DNA of 64,000 nt from an uncultured delta proteobacterium (GCA_963711835.1 CAVQFQ010000017.1:32001-96000); one strand, 5' to 3'. Positions 30,353-41,420 are shown, numbered from the stretch's first letter. Notes: generated by a model not told the origin, from the letters alone. Numbers and translations are program-made.

Positions 30353-30728
30353 GGGGTTTGTCTCCGGTTCCGTGGGTTATCTTTTCGAAAATCTATCCCG
30401 ACTTATTCCCCTCATTCTGCCCCCCTCTCAGGGGTATTGCCTTTTTTCTGCCAAACAAGATCTTAGGTGCCTGGTCTTGACATTTGAGATAAGGCCTGTC
30501 TCTTACCACCTGTTCTTATCTTAAACTAAGTAGGCCATCCTTTTTATGGTACACCTTAAAATAAGAAAACCCCACTTCCTTTTACAAAAAATGGGGTCTT
30601 GTCGGACTGCTTCATGGACCGGCCTTTCGGTTATAACTTATATTCACCGCAGAAGTCTAAGAGAACGCAGAGACTTTATCTTCCTAAAAGAACTCCATGA
30701 CCTAAAGAAATTGAATCTGGGCTTAGTG

Positions 30729-31007
30729 TTATCCCTTTATCAGGTCGTAATCATATATTTCCTTGTGATGGCCTATATAAAGAAAAACGACTTTATCCTT
30801 TTTAAGGAATCGAAAGATTATCCTATGTTGGAGGTCTACTCGAAATGACCAGACATTGAAATGCTTAGGGTGAAGCTTCTCAACTCGGAGGGATGGATGA
30901 AAGGGATTCTCTCTAAAGAGATCTGATTTCTTAACGGCTTTATGCTGAAGGGTTCTGTTTAATTTCTCGAATAAAGAGTCAAAAGTCTCGGTGGTTATGA
31001 TTTCCAT
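30729..31007 (-). CDS. RelE/YafQ-like toxin
   Basis: NPFHPSLRVEKL, WSFRV...RIIF, IGHHKEIY. Confidence 0.75.
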   Translation of the reverse strand: MEIITTETFDSLFEKLNRTLQHKAVKKSDLFRENPFHPSLRVEKLHPKHFNVWSFRVDLQHRIIFRFLKKDKVVFLYIGHHKEIYDYDLIKG

Positions 31008-31229
31008 TTAACCGGAAACGAGTTCGGCCAGGGATGGACGTTTTTTGAATCTGCCGTTTTTTAAATCTCTCTCCGATTTGGCCAAGGTTTGAATGAACTC
31101 AGATTTAAACAGACCGGATGCGGAACAGAAAGCCTCCAGATCATCTTTCCTGACGCTTAGATGGATATACTCGCGGTCTTCTCCGGCAATTTTGGCCCTG
31201 ATTCCACTCATAGATATCTCCTCGTTCAT
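31008..31229 (-). CDS. Putative antitoxin
   Basis: Small gene abutting the toxin; C-terminal SERDLKNGRF pattern. Confidence 0.6.
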   Translation of the reverse strand: MNEEISMSGIRAKIAGEDREYIHLSVRKDDLEAFCSASGLFKSEFIQTLAKSERDLKNGRFKKRPSLAELVSG

Positions 31230-31381
31230 TTGGATACCATTTTACCAGTAGAAAGATTATTTTTCAACATTCTTATGCCAGACCATCAAGAAGACCCGGA
31301 CGGGACCCGGAACGTTTGTCCAAGAGTTGCTTCTTTTCCGGCCTCAACACAAAAAGCTAATCAAATTATGACGTTCTCCAA

Positions 31382-31816
31382 CTAAAAAGTTCCCAATTGG
31401 CAGGAAGAGATTTTAATTTTCAAGGCCTCACAGGCTGAAGAGATTTCCCTTTTAGCTATTTTGAATTTCATCGCTATCTCCCAAGCTGAGGCACAGGGAA
31501 GTTTCTCCTTAAGCAGGGATTCCCGTATGGCCGCCTCCATGGCCGGGGATACGATTTCTGCTGCTTTAACCCCTTTATCAGGGGGGCCATATCCAAAAAG
31601 CCCGAGCTGGCATTTAATGACGGGTATTTCTAGTAAATCTATAGTAATACCCACTTCATCCGGTGCTACTTTTAATTTACTGGCGACTTTAAAGGCAGCG
31701 GTGCAGGTTATTTTTCCATCAGAGGCCCCTTGTTTCACAGCCTCGGCGATTGCCGGATTCAACTTAAGTTCCGGCGCGTGTTTTTTTCCATAACCACCTT
31801 TGTCTTTGTGTGTCAT
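31382..31816 (-). CDS. Conserved hypothetical protein with two tandem C..A..IA...CQLGxF domains
   Basis: Internal repeat CTAAFKVA..KCQLGLF / CASAWEIA..SCQLGTF. Confidence 0.7.
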   Translation of the reverse strand: MTHKDKGGYGKKHAPELKLNPAIAEAVKQGASDGKITCTAAFKVASKLKVAPDEVGITIDLLEIPVIKCQLGLFGYGPPDKGVKAAEIVSPAMEAAIRESLLKEKLPCASAWEIAMKFKIAKREISSACEALKIKISSCQLGTF

Positions 31817-31997
31817 GAATTCCCTCCCCGATAGTCCTTTATCCAACTTCGAATTCTAAATCTTTTTTTTAGATTATCCTTTTTCTGTCCAAAACGGCAG
31901 TATTAATTAGAAACCAAACGTTGTTTTTTATTTTTAAGCATTAAATCCTTTTTCCGCAAGAATTTTAATTCTTTCGTTTTTTAATTACCGGTGAAAA

Positions 31998-32027
31998 AGG
32001 GCTCAGGTCTGCTCTTGACTCTTAGTC
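31998..32027. repeat. 30-bp direct repeat, copy 1 (AGGGCTCAGGTCTGCTCTTGACTCTTAGTC)
   Basis: Identical to 32769-32798; degenerate copy at ~47517-47541. Confidence 0.93.
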
Positions 32028-32758
32028 ATTTCAAAACCGAGCAGGGTCATCCTCGGATTTTGCTCCGACAGCAGTTCAAACCGCAGGCGGCCGCCGCAGA
32101 AACGACCCACCAATTCCATCACCTCATGGCCGGCCTGTTCAATCTCTTCGAATGGAACTGGCGGAAGGCCGTCCAGGTTGAACTCGATGTCTCGGGTGTC
32201 GATCCGGGTCAGGGTATGGTTGGCCTGGCGCCAGGTCCACCTCCGGGTAAGCACGATTTCCCCTTCAATAAATATGATTTCACCGGGGAGGGGATGTTCC
32301 TTCCGGTCGGAGCCAAAGGGGATGAATTCCTCCTGCCCGGTGGCCAATCGTAAAGCGATATCCCCGGTAAGCACATCGATGGCATGGCCTCCGGCTGGGA
32401 TGAGATGCCGCAAAGAAATGATATGGCCGATATCTACCAGGGCATTAATGGCAGGCAGCGGCTCTCCCCGCAAGACGCGCCGGACCATGGCCTCAATGGA
32501 AGAGCGGAACTCACTTGGCTTGGCCCCAAATGACCGATAGGCCTCACGCCAGGACTTGATGCGGGGATGGTCGGCAAGGTGTTCGACTTGCAACCGACCG
32601 CGCACAGCCTCTTCAGTCTCCCGCAAGGTCTGAATCAGTTCCTCCGGCGAGAGGCCGTTGGTCACGCCGTGTGCCAGGACCACGCCCCTGACATAGCCGG
32701 GAAAGCGTTCAAATATCTCAGGGGCAATAGTGTAGTACCGTTCACTCATGTTAGCCAT
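32003..32758 (-). CDS. Standalone B3/4-domain (PheRS editing-like) protein
   Basis: WREAYRSFGAKPSEFRSSIEAMVRR, INALVDI, RRWTWRQ. Confidence 0.85.
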   Translation of the reverse strand: MANMSERYYTIAPEIFERFPGYVRGVVLAHGVTNGLSPEELIQTLRETEEAVRGRLQVEHLADHPRIKSWREAYRSFGAKPSEFRSSIEAMVRRVLRGEPLPAINALVDIGHIISLRHLIPAGGHAIDVLTGDIALRLATGQEEFIPFGSDRKEHPLPGEIIFIEGEIVLTRRWTWRQANHTLTRIDTRDIEFNLDGLPPVPFEEIEQAGHEVMELVGRFCGGRLRFELLSEQNPRMTLLGFEMTKSQEQT

Positions 32759-32768
32759 CTTAAGATAT

Positions 32769-32798
32769 AGGGCTCAGGTCTGCTCTTGACTCTTAGTC
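32769..32798. repeat. 30-bp direct repeat, copy 2
   Basis: Exact match to 31998-32027. Confidence 0.93.
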
Positions 32799-32900
32799 GC
32801 CTAAAAGAAAATATTTTGGTCGGGTCGGACCAAGGTACTCTCTTGATTTTCAATTTCCTGCCTGTCTCGATCGGTCCAATTTTAATCCGAAGAGTTGCCC

Positions 32901-33350
32901 CTAAATCTGAAGACCCGGAATAATAGCCAGAAATTCTGAGCTGTTCACTATTGTAAAAGGTAAAATCCCTATCCTTTTGAGATGGGAAAAGTCCTTTATG
33001 TCGCCTGTAACCAGATAATCCGCTTTTCCTTTAAGAGCTGAAACCAGGACCGGTACATCCTTGTCGGCAGTGACCCTAAGATATTTTTTTAACTCTTCGC
33101 TGCTTGGCAGGGGGATAATAATCAGGTTTAGTTTAGGAAGGTAGCTTTTATAGAGCGGGATACAGGCAGGCATTTTCTTAATCAGATTCCGCTCGATTTC
33201 AAGTATATTATAACGCCCGGTGAGACCTTTCAGAAAAGGCAGGTCAAGGCTCAACAGATCGAGAAGGATTCGGGGTGCTCCTCGGTCAGAGAAAAGTCCG
33301 GAAAGGATGACATTGGAATCGAGAAAGACCCTAACGATTTTTCCGGCCAT
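32901..33350 (-). CDS. PIN-domain (VapC-like) toxin
   Basis: VFLDSNVILS, DKDVPVL, ADYLVTGDIKDF. Confidence 0.88.
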   Translation of the reverse strand: MAGKIVRVFLDSNVILSGLFSDRGAPRILLDLLSLDLPFLKGLTGRYNILEIERNLIKKMPACIPLYKSYLPKLNLIIIPLPSSEELKKYLRVTADKDVPVLVSALKGKADYLVTGDIKDFSHLKRIGILPFTIVNSSEFLAIIPGLQI

Positions 33351-33618
33351 AAGTGTCCTTATATAATTCCCCTCTCTCCTCTTTAAGACCCCTTAAAAGT
33401 TCTTCAACCGAACTGCCCGAGGCTTTGAGTATTTTCCGAATCTCTCTTCTGGCTTCTTCCAGCGGAAGCCTTTTAGGGGTGATCATAATCGAGTCCCCTA
33501 TTGGAATAAGGGAGACAACCTGGCCTTCTTCCAGAAGGCCTGCTTCCCTGATTTTCTTGGGAATGGTCAACTGGCCTCGAGATTTTATTTCAGCCCTATA
33601 AGCTTTGACGGCCTGCAT
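33331..33618 (-). CDS. AbrB/MazE-like antitoxin
   Basis: RGQLTIPKKIRE. Confidence 0.85.
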   Translation of the reverse strand: MQAVKAYRAEIKSRGQLTIPKKIREAGLLEEGQVVSLIPIGDSIMITPKRLPLEEARREIRKILKASGSSVEELLRGLKEERGELYKDTYGRKNR

Positions 33619-33635
33619 ATCGTACCTCACAATTA

Positions 33636-33674
33636 TTTTTTTCTGATTTCAGAATATCAGAAATCAGAAAAAAA
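33636..33674. promoter_or_regulatory. Palindromic operator of the AbrB-PIN operon
   Basis: TTTTTTTCTGATTTC-N9-GAAATCAGAAAAAAA directly upstream of the abrB-like gene. Confidence 0.65.
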
Positions 33675-33705
33675 TCAATAGCTATACTTAAACGCGGGCA
33701 GTTTG

Positions 33706-33956
33706 CCTCGAAGTTGCATAAAAATTGATCGAAAAGGATTTTTTTATCAAAACAATTTGTTCTGACGATTTTGGCATTGGGGCCAAAATTCACCCTGGGT
33801 GAGGTGCGGCATTCAAAAAATTATCGATCAATTTTTACCCTTCGGGAAAGTTTGGGAGGCCGCCCCGCCCCGGCGGGATTGTCCAGGTCCCGCCAAGGCG
33901 GGATTCGCCCTGGACGTCTCGGGTCTGCAACCTCCGAAACTTTTGCAACATCGAGG
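33706..33956. mobile_element. ~250-bp MITE-like element
   Basis: Imperfect TIRs CCTCGAAGTTGCATAA / TTTTGCAACATCGAGG, inner IR aaaattgatcga/tcgatcaatttt, and cccgcc..ggcggg hairpins. Confidence 0.55.
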
Positions 33957-34059
33957 TTCACTCAGTAACTCTGTCCTACCCACATTTATCAAAAAACCTC
34001 TTTTTATTCCATTGATCTCATTTTTTTAGGACCAGCGGTTACGGGCTTTGGCGGATAAA

Positions 34060-36012
34060 CTAACTGATCTCCAGCAGGGCTGACTCCTTGGCCTCTTTCT
34101 GGGAGGAAGGACCTTCCAGCGGCAGGTGGATGAGGAAGGTAGTTCCTTGACCTACCTGGCTTTGGACTTCAATGGTTCCCCCGTGTTCTTGGATGATCCC
34201 GTAGACCGTGCTCAGCCCCAACCCGGTTCCTTTCCCGACCTCTTTGGTGGTAAAGAAGGGGTCAAAGATCCGGGAAAGGATTTCAGGAGGGATTCCAGCC
34301 CCGGTATCGCTGAGTTCCAAGGCGATTTTATCGTCGCCGGGAAGGGTGTAGGTGCGCAAGGTCAAGGTTCCGTTACCGCCCATGGCATCAGCGGCGTTGG
34401 TCATTAAATTGATAATGACCTGATTCAACTGCCCGGGATCGGTGATGATTTCAGGCAGCCCGGGATCCAGCTCCTCCACCACGTGGATATTATGGAACAG
34501 GGCTTGTTTTCCCAAGAGGCTGACGGTCTGTTTTACCGATTGATTGGGGTTCCAGGGAACCCAGCGATGCTGGGTCTGGCGGCTGAATTCGAGCAGCTCC
34601 TTGACGATCTCCTTGCAGCGCATGGTTTGTTCAACAATCTGAGCCAGGTCATCCCACCGGGAATCTTCCCGGCCTGTTTCTTCCAATAGCATATTGGCGT
34701 AGATGAGGATTCCACCCAGGGGGTTATTGATTTCATGGGCCACTCCGGCCGCCAATTTTCCCAAAGAAGCCATCTTCTCCGAATGCAGCAGCTTGAGATG
34801 GGTTTCTTCCAACTCCTTTTGCATACGGATTCGTTCTCGAAGACCCGTAAAAATCCCCACACTGGCAATTTCCTGCCCGTTTTCATCATAGATTAAGGCT
34901 GCGGAAAGATTGGCGGGAAAGGATTCCCCCAGCTTGGTGACCAGGGTGACCTGGGTGCCGCCCAATTTTCCCGGGGGGCCATAATCACTGCTGCGAAGCC
35001 GGCGCATGATATCTTTGGCCAGGCCCTCCGGGTAAATCTGGGTGATATGGACCTGTTCCAAAGCCACTTCGGCAGTGTAACCCAGCAAGCGTTCCGCCCC
35101 CTGATTAAAGACGATTATTTTTCCTTTCATATCAGCGGCGATAATGCCGTCCACGGAACTGATAATGATGTTTTTTAAAAAATTATTGGTCTTGCGCATT
35201 TCGTTTTCCATCAGGATGCGGTCCGAAAGGTCGCGCAGATAGGCATAGGTTTTTCGCTGCCCTTCCAGGGAGGCCAGAGCCAGGCAGATCTCCACCTCCC
35301 GGGGGAGCCGGGAGGCCTGGATGAGTCTTAACTGGGTACAAACCTTCCGGTTCTCCGAATATTTCAGGTTCATTTGGGTCGGAAGGGCCAAGAGGAATTT
35401 CCGGTCATCCTCGGAGAGAAGGGAACGGAAATCCAGGCCGATCAACTGCTCTTTCGAAAAACCCGTTATTTCAGAGGCCAGGGAGTTGGCAAATTCAATC
35501 CGATAATCCTCATCAAAGACCAGGATGCCGTCATTGCCTAACTCGATAATTTTATAGAGAGCTTGGTGAATTTCCAGCAGGCGTCTCTCCATTGATTTAT
35601 AAGCGGAGATATCGCGGACCAGGGCATAAATCTGGTTCCGCTCGAAGAGACTGGGACTGGAAAAAAGGGAGAGTTCCACATCTTTGGTCTCTCCTTGAGG
35701 CCTTACCAACTTAACCTCGGAGGTGACCTTGAATCTGGACCGCGAGATGGGGGTTTGCAGCATATCCCGGATGACCGAACGGTCCTGAGGGGAAAAAAGG
35801 AAGAAAATTTCCTGATGGATCAGATCCGGCAAGGGATAGCCTAAGATCGTAAGGGCCTGTTCATTCAACCAGATAATTCTTAAATCCGAACCCAAGATCA
35901 GAAGCCCCTCACCCCCGATCTGGCCGATGGTCTGGAGGGCTTCTTCCAGAAAGGCCAGACGTTCTTCGGGAGACAAATGATCAGATCCGGCAAAGGGAGA
36001 ACCGTCGTTCAT
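34060..36012 (-). CDS. Multi-PAS cytoplasmic histidine kinase (NtrB-like)
   Basis: Three PAS-like segments, [32 protein letters not shown]. Confidence 0.93.
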   Translation of the reverse strand: MNDGSPFAGSDHLSPEERLAFLEEALQTIGQIGGEGLLILGSDLRIIWLNEQALTILGYPLPDLIHQEIFFLFSPQDRSVIRDMLQTPISRSRFKVTSEVKLVRPQGETKDVELSLFSSPSLFERNQIYALVRDISAYKSMERRLLEIHQALYKIIELGNDGILVFDEDYRIEFANSLASEITGFSKEQLIGLDFRSLLSEDDRKFLLALPTQMNLKYSENRKVCTQLRLIQASRLPREVEICLALASLEGQRKTYAYLRDLSDRILMENEMRKTNNFLKNIIISSVDGIIAADMKGKIIVFNQGAERLLGYTAEVALEQVHITQIYPEGLAKDIMRRLRSSDYGPPGKLGGTQVTLVTKLGESFPANLSAALIYDENGQEIASVGIFTGLRERIRMQKELEETHLKLLHSEKMASLGKLAAGVAHEINNPLGGILIYANMLLEETGREDSRWDDLAQIVEQTMRCKEIVKELLEFSRQTQHRWVPWNPNQSVKQTVSLLGKQALFHNIHVVEELDPGLPEIITDPGQLNQVIINLMTNAADAMGGNGTLTLRTYTLPGDDKIALELSDTGAGIPPEILSRIFDPFFTTKEVGKGTGLGLSTVYGIIQEHGGTIEVQSQVGQGTTFLIHLPLEGPSSQKEAKESALLEIS

Positions 36013-36136
36013 TTCGTTCCTCGTAAAACCCACGGGGGGGTGAAAAGGTGTTGGCCTGCCGAAAGACCCATCGGGCAAAAAACCAAGTGGTTTTTATTGT
36101 ATCAAAATTCTGGATCTAACCAAAGCGCCATCCAGG

Positions 36137-36688
36137 TTATTTGATCCGTTTGGATAGGACCTTGAATTCAGGGCTGCCCGCTCTTTCCAGGATCTGAAAT
36201 AATACGGTTTCCGTTGTAGTAATGACCGCCCCGGCATCCCTCAGGAATTCTATTCCGACCTGAAAATTGTTAGTCGTCCTGGAGCAAACAGCATCTTGAA
36301 TTACGTGGACATCATACCCTTCTTCCAATAATCCCAGGGCGGTCTGGAGAATGCAAATATGGGTTTCCATGCCGGTCAGGAGGACCTTTTTCCTGCCGGC
36401 GGCGGCCAGGAGGGTCGGAAATCCCTCTTCCCGGCAGCAGTTGAAGGACACCTTTTCAAAGGGTTCATAGGCCGGCAGCGATTCTTTTATCTCTTTTAAG
36501 GTGGGACCGAGACCCCTCGGGAATTGTTCCGTAAGCAGGATCGGGATATGATGGAGTTTGGCCAATTCAATAAGATGGAGGGCGTTGGCCACGACCCTGT
36601 CTTTTTCAGCCATGGCCGCAGCCAGTCTTTCCTGGATGTCGATAATAACCAGAAGGGTTTCTCGGGCATTTAGGTGAAATTTATCCAT
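36137..36688 (-). CDS. Isochorismatase-family hydrolase
   Basis: IIDIQERL, TEQFPRGLGPT, EKVSF, GMETHICILQT. Confidence 0.9.
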   Translation of the reverse strand: MDKFHLNARETLLVIIDIQERLAAAMAEKDRVVANALHLIELAKLHHIPILLTEQFPRGLGPTLKEIKESLPAYEPFEKVSFNCCREEGFPTLLAAAGRKKVLLTGMETHICILQTALGLLEEGYDVHVIQDAVCSRTTNNFQVGIEFLRDAGAVITTTETVLFQILERAGSPEFKVLSKRIK

Positions 36689-36719
36689 CAGGTCTCCTCT
36701 CGTTAACGGGTATTTCAAG

Positions 36720-36885
36720 GGCAGGACCGTGACAGATTGAAGCTTGTCCGGCGGTGCGATAGGTTCGATTGCGGTCCGGATGTGTTGGACCAGCTTTTTT
36801 GTCAGTTTCTCGGCGGGCTTGAAGCCCCCTTTAAAGGCGACATAGACATATAGGCCCTCGCCATTGATCTCGTGAGGAAGGCCTC
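36720..36885 (-). pseudogene. Degenerate acetyl-CoA synthetase C-terminal fragment
   Basis: GLPHEINGEGLYVYV...IEPIAPPDKLQSVTVLP aligns with acs [15 protein letters not shown]...[17 protein letters not shown]. Confidence 0.7.
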
Positions 36886-38760
36886 TCAACTCAAGGGCTC
36901 TTCAAAACGACAGGTTAACGACAGCATATCTTCCTCAAAAGCCGTTGTTACTTTGTAAGGCAGTTTGTTGAAGAGCTTGATCATCCCCTGGTTCTGGGGC
37001 TGGGTATAGGCCACTAATCCGGAGATGCCGTTTTCTTTGGCGATTTCAGCCAGCATCGGCAACAGGACCGAGCACAGGCCTTTCTTCTGCCATTCCTTTA
37101 GAACCGAAAAGGCCACTTCGGCTAGGTTTTTGGCCGGATTGAGGAAGTAGGCCCCGACGGCAATGACCTTTTCGAAACCAAACTCTCCAATGACGGCCAC
37201 CATAGGCATTTCCCGGACATAATCCACCTGGACCATAACGGCCACATCCTTCCTGGAGAAAAAGAGCTTTTCGTGGAGAAACCGGGAAAAGATATCGGCC
37301 TTGTCCATATTATAGAAATGTTCCTGGATCAGGCGTTCATCCGCGGGCCGGGCCGGCCGGAAGACCACCTCTTGCCCTCCGATTTCCCGGGTGGGCTCCA
37401 TCTTCAAGGGACAGATGCCGAAAATGGATTCACCCAGGCTCCGCTCCGGACCGAGGAGTTCCATTTCTTTGGCCTGGTAAAAGAGGTCTTCCCGGAAATC
37501 AGGGTGGGCAATGCTGATTAAGGCCATAGCCCGTTCCTGAAGACTCTTGCCGAAGAGATTTACCACCCCAAACTCGGTGGCCACATAATGAACATCTCCC
37601 CGGGGAACCACCACGGCCGTATGCTCCAGTATGGGCACGATGCGGCTATTTTTACCGTCCGGGGTGGTGGAGGGAAGGGTCAAGATGGCCTTGCCCCCTT
37701 CGGATTCCGAAGAACCCCGGATGAAATCCACCATGCTCGTGGTACCCGAAAAGTGATTGTAGGGCAGGGCATCGGCCGCCACCTGGCCCGTCAAGTCCAT
37801 GGCCATCGCTACGTTGATGGAAATCATTTTGTGGTGGCGGGCAATGATGGCGGGGTTATTCACATAATCGGAGGGGTAAAATTCGACGCCTGGATTGTCC
37901 TCTACGAAGTCATAAAGATCGCGGCTGCCTATGGCGCCGCTGGCCACTATTTTGCCTTCATTGAACCCCTTTTTACGGTTGGTAATGGCTCCGTGGACCA
38001 CCAGGTTCATGATGGCATCGGTCAGGAAACGGGTATGAATCCCCAGGTCCTTTTTGTCCTGCAAGGCCATCAGGATGGCATGTGGTGAGGCCCCTAAACT
38101 CATATGGAGGGTGGAGCCGTCATCGATCAACTTGGCCACCTGGCGGCCTATCAGATGAGCCGCCTGGTCTTCCAAGGGCGGTCTGATGGTCAAGAGGGGT
38201 TCCTCGCACTCTACCACCAGATCCACTTCGTTGACATGAAGAAAACTCTGGCCCAGGACCCGAGGCATTTGGGGATTGACCTGGGCAATGACCAGGTCGG
38301 CTGACTGGGCGGCCGCCAAGGTGACATCGACGGAGATGCCCAGGCTCATCCAGCCGAAATCATCGGGAGGAGAAACCTGGATCAAGGCCGTATGGATCGG
38401 AAGCTGCCGGCTCTTAAAAAGCCGGGGTAAAGCGGATAGGTTAATGGGGGTGATGAACCGTTTGTTTTTGGCCAGGGTTCGGGTCTCGATCGACCCCAGA
38501 TAAAAGGAACGAATAGTGAAACAATCGCATTCGGTCTTATGGGCAATCAACGTCAAGGGCGAGAATTCCTGGCAGAAGAGCCCGATGATCTCCAGATCAG
38601 CAAACCGGGAAGCCTGGGCGGCCAACTCTTTTACCAGACATGGGGGTTCTCCGCTGGCTGTCCCAATGAAAACCCTTTGCCCTGATTGAATCCGCCGGAT
38701 GGCTTCCTGCGGCGAGGTGCGCTTTTGCAGATAATCATCCGGCCAGCGACGGTCAGCCAT
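36886..38760 (-). CDS. Acetyl-CoA hydrolase/transferase-like domain fused to a GNAT acetyltransferase
   Basis: IQVSPPDDFGWMSLGISVD, AQVNPQMPR, VHYVATEFG, RAMALISIAHPDFRE; C-terminal AEVAFSV..WQKKGL GNAT motif. Confidence 0.9.
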   Translation of the reverse strand: MADRRWPDDYLQKRTSPQEAIRRIQSGQRVFIGTASGEPPCLVKELAAQASRFADLEIIGLFCQEFSPLTLIAHKTECDCFTIRSFYLGSIETRTLAKNKRFITPINLSALPRLFKSRQLPIHTALIQVSPPDDFGWMSLGISVDVTLAAAQSADLVIAQVNPQMPRVLGQSFLHVNEVDLVVECEEPLLTIRPPLEDQAAHLIGRQVAKLIDDGSTLHMSLGASPHAILMALQDKKDLGIHTRFLTDAIMNLVVHGAITNRKKGFNEGKIVASGAIGSRDLYDFVEDNPGVEFYPSDYVNNPAIIARHHKMISINVAMAMDLTGQVAADALPYNHFSGTTSMVDFIRGSSESEGGKAILTLPSTTPDGKNSRIVPILEHTAVVVPRGDVHYVATEFGVVNLFGKSLQERAMALISIAHPDFREDLFYQAKEMELLGPERSLGESIFGICPLKMEPTREIGGQEVVFRPARPADERLIQEHFYNMDKADIFSRFLHEKLFFSRKDVAVMVQVDYVREMPMVAVIGEFGFEKVIAVGAYFLNPAKNLAEVAFSVLKEWQKKGLCSVLLPMLAEIAKENGISGLVAYTQPQNQGMIKLFNKLPYKVTTAFEEDMLSLTCRFEEPLS

Positions 38761-38801
38761 ATTTTTTTCCGTAGGAAATAGGAAATAAAATCTTCCAGTT
38801 A

Positions 38802-38891
38802 ATTTTACCTGGATTGTTCCCTCTGTCAATCTAATATCCCTCTCCAAAAATAATTGTTGACAACCTAGGTAATTTGTAATAAATTTCACAT
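38802..38891. promoter_or_regulatory. Divergent sigma70-like promoters plus a CRP/Rex-like palindrome
   Basis: Minus TTGACA(38829-38824)-N16-TAAAAT; plus TTGACA(38857)-N17-TAAATT overlapped by TGTAA-N6-TCACA. Confidence 0.5.
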
Positions 38892-39115
38892 GCTCAGGGA
38901 AAAGTTCGTATCTTTTGTTACTATTTTTTTGCAGGCGGGGGGGTGAGAGTTAACCAAAAACGGCAATAAGGGGCTCATCAGGTACTGTTACGAGAATAGG
39001 ATTATCAAGATAGTCTGATCTAAGGTTAAGAAGACAAAAGGATATGTTTAGCAACCCCTATGGCCTTGGATAGAAGAAGAGTACCCGTTTCCAATATAAA
39101 ATCAGGAGGTAGATT

Positions 39116-41110
39116 ATGGCAGAAATTACATCGATGATGGAGGAAACAAGGAAATTTCCGCCTCCGAAGGAGTTTGTTGATCAGGCCTACATCAAGAGTA
39201 GAGAAGCCTATGAAGAGATGTGGAAGGAATCGGTTGAGAACCCGGAGAAATTCTGGGGCAAGGTAGCCTCAGAGCTGTTTTGGTTCAAGAAATGGGACAA
39301 GGTGAATGTAGAAGATTTCAAGAATGCCAAACTTCAATGGTTTGTAGGCGGCAAGACGAATATTACCTATAACTGCCTCGATTACCAGGTTGAAAAAGGC
39401 AGGGGTGACAAGGTTGCGATACTATTCCAGGGCGAACCGGACGACGATGTCAAGAAATATACTTACAAAGACCTTTTAAAGGAAGTCTCCAGGTTTGCCA
39501 ATGTCCTGAAGAAAAGAGGCGTCAAGAAGGGAGATCGGATTGCCATTTATCTGCCCATGATTGCCGAGCTTCCCATTGCTATGATGGCCTGTGCCCGTAT
39601 AGGGGCCATCCACACCATCGTTTTCGGCGGTTTCTCGGCTGAGTCTTTGAGGGACCGGATTCTGGACGCCGGTGCAAAGGTCCTAATTACCGCCAACGGC
39701 TACTGGAGAGCGGGCAGGCAAGTAAGCTCCAAGACCAATGCCGATGCCGCAGTGACTTATTGCGCCAAAGAAGGGCACCAGGTAGATACGGTAATGGTGG
39801 TGCAGCGGTTGGAGAATTTTGAGGTACCGATGACGCCCGGAAGAGATTTCTGGTGGCAGGATGAAATGAAGGCCGCTGATATCAGCGACAACTGCCCTGC
39901 AGAGCCAATGGACGCTGAAGACCCGCTTTTCATCCTCTATACCTCGGGCTCAACCGGCAAACCCAAGGGTGTTCTCCATACCATCGGCGGTTATATGGTT
40001 TTTACCTATCTCACCTTTAAGTATGTCTTTGATTATAAGGAGAAAGATATTTTTTGGTGTACCGCCGATATCGGCTGGGTAACAGGCCACTCCTACATCG
40101 TCTATGGGCCGCTGGCCAACGGCGCCACCTCAGTCGTGTTCGAAAGCGTTCCTACCTTTCCAAAGCCTGACCGATTCTGGCAGGTGGTGGAGAAGCTTAA
40201 GGTAACTACTTTCTATACCGCTCCGACCGCTATCCGGGCCATTATGAGAGAAGGGGACCAATGGCCAAACGGAAGAGACCTTTCATCTCTGAGGCTCCTT
40301 GGCACGGTCGGTGAGCCGATCAATCCCGAAGCCTGGATGTGGTACCATAAGGTTATCGGCAAGGAAAGATGCCCCATTGTAGATACCTGGTGGCAGACCG
40401 AGACTGGTGGAATCCTGATTACCCCGCTCCCCGGAGCCTGGGTGACGAAACCCGGTTCGGCAACCCTGCCCTTCTTCGGTGTCGATCCGGTTATCTTGAA
40501 GGCCAGGGCCTCAGCCAATGAGCCGGCCGTGGAGGCAGGAGTGAATGAGGGCGGCGAGCTCTGCATCAGAAGATCTTGGCCTGGTCTGATGAGAACCGTC
40601 TATAAAGAGCCGGAAAGATTTTACAACACCTATTTTATCCAGCAACCCGGCTTTTACTTCTCAGGCGACGGTGCCAGAAGGGATGAGGACGGCTATTTCT
40701 GGTTGATGGGCCGTATTGACGACGTGGTGAACATTTCCGGTCACCGGATTGGGACCGCCGAGGTTGAAAGTGCCCTTGTTTCCCACCCGGCTGTTGCCGA
40801 AGCAGCCGTAGTTGGTTTCCCGCATGATATAAAAGGGGAAGACCTTTATGCCTATGTTATCCTCAAAGTAGGCTTTGAGGGAAGTGATGCCTTAAGGAAA
40901 GAGCTGGTGGCCCAAGTGAGAAAGGAAATCGGCCCGATTGCCTCTCCCGGCAAGCTTCAGTTCGTTCCCGGTCTTCCGAAGACCAGGTCCGGTAAGATCA
41001 TGAGAAGGATTTTGAGGAAGGTTGCCTCCGGCGAGATCAGCCAGCTTGGCGATATCACAACCCTGGCGGATCCGTCGGTCGTTGAGGACATTGTCAAGGG
41101 CAGGCTGTAA
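39116..41110 (+). CDS. acs: Acetyl-CoA synthetase (AMP-forming)
   Basis: [54 protein letters not shown]. Confidence 0.97.
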   Translation: MAEITSMMEETRKFPPPKEFVDQAYIKSREAYEEMWKESVENPEKFWGKVASELFWFKKWDKVNVEDFKNAKLQWFVGGKTNITYNCLDYQVEKGRGDKVAILFQGEPDDDVKKYTYKDLLKEVSRFANVLKKRGVKKGDRIAIYLPMIAELPIAMMACARIGAIHTIVFGGFSAESLRDRILDAGAKVLITANGYWRAGRQVSSKTNADAAVTYCAKEGHQVDTVMVVQRLENFEVPMTPGRDFWWQDEMKAADISDNCPAEPMDAEDPLFILYTSGSTGKPKGVLHTIGGYMVFTYLTFKYVFDYKEKDIFWCTADIGWVTGHSYIVYGPLANGATSVVFESVPTFPKPDRFWQVVEKLKVTTFYTAPTAIRAIMREGDQWPNGRDLSSLRLLGTVGEPINPEAWMWYHKVIGKERCPIVDTWWQTETGGILITPLPGAWVTKPGSATLPFFGVDPVILKARASANEPAVEAGVNEGGELCIRRSWPGLMRTVYKEPERFYNTYFIQQPGFYFSGDGARRDEDGYFWLMGRIDDVVNISGHRIGTAEVESALVSHPAVAEAAVVGFPHDIKGEDLYAYVILKVGFEGSDALRKELVAQVRKEIGPIASPGKLQFVPGLPKTRSGKIMRRILRKVASGEISQLGDITTLADPSVVEDIVKGRL

Positions 41111-41420
41111 AGATAAACCTGGTACCATCGTCCGATGATGGAGCAACAAGTCGAACGTATCAGGCATTGAAGTTCAGGTCCCTGGATGAAAACAGCTCCC
41201 GGTCCGGTCTCGCCAGACAAGGAGATCGGACCGGGAACAGGGATCGGGCCTGATAATAGAGATCATTCAATGATGCTTTTAAGCCCCCGGCACCAAGGGG
41301 CAGTCCGCCTTAGGTGGATTTCAGGTAAGGATACTATCTCTGTAGTGAATCTGACTCGCCAACCCGCGCAGCAAGCAGCAGGTAGGGGTTCGCTGTTCAT
41401 TTTAAAAGGAGATTAATAAA

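Noticed and set aside
36137-36889. Genuine Acs-isochorismatase fusion protein
   Set aside because: A good RBS (GAGGAG) precedes ATG 36688 and the upstream Acs-like part is degenerate
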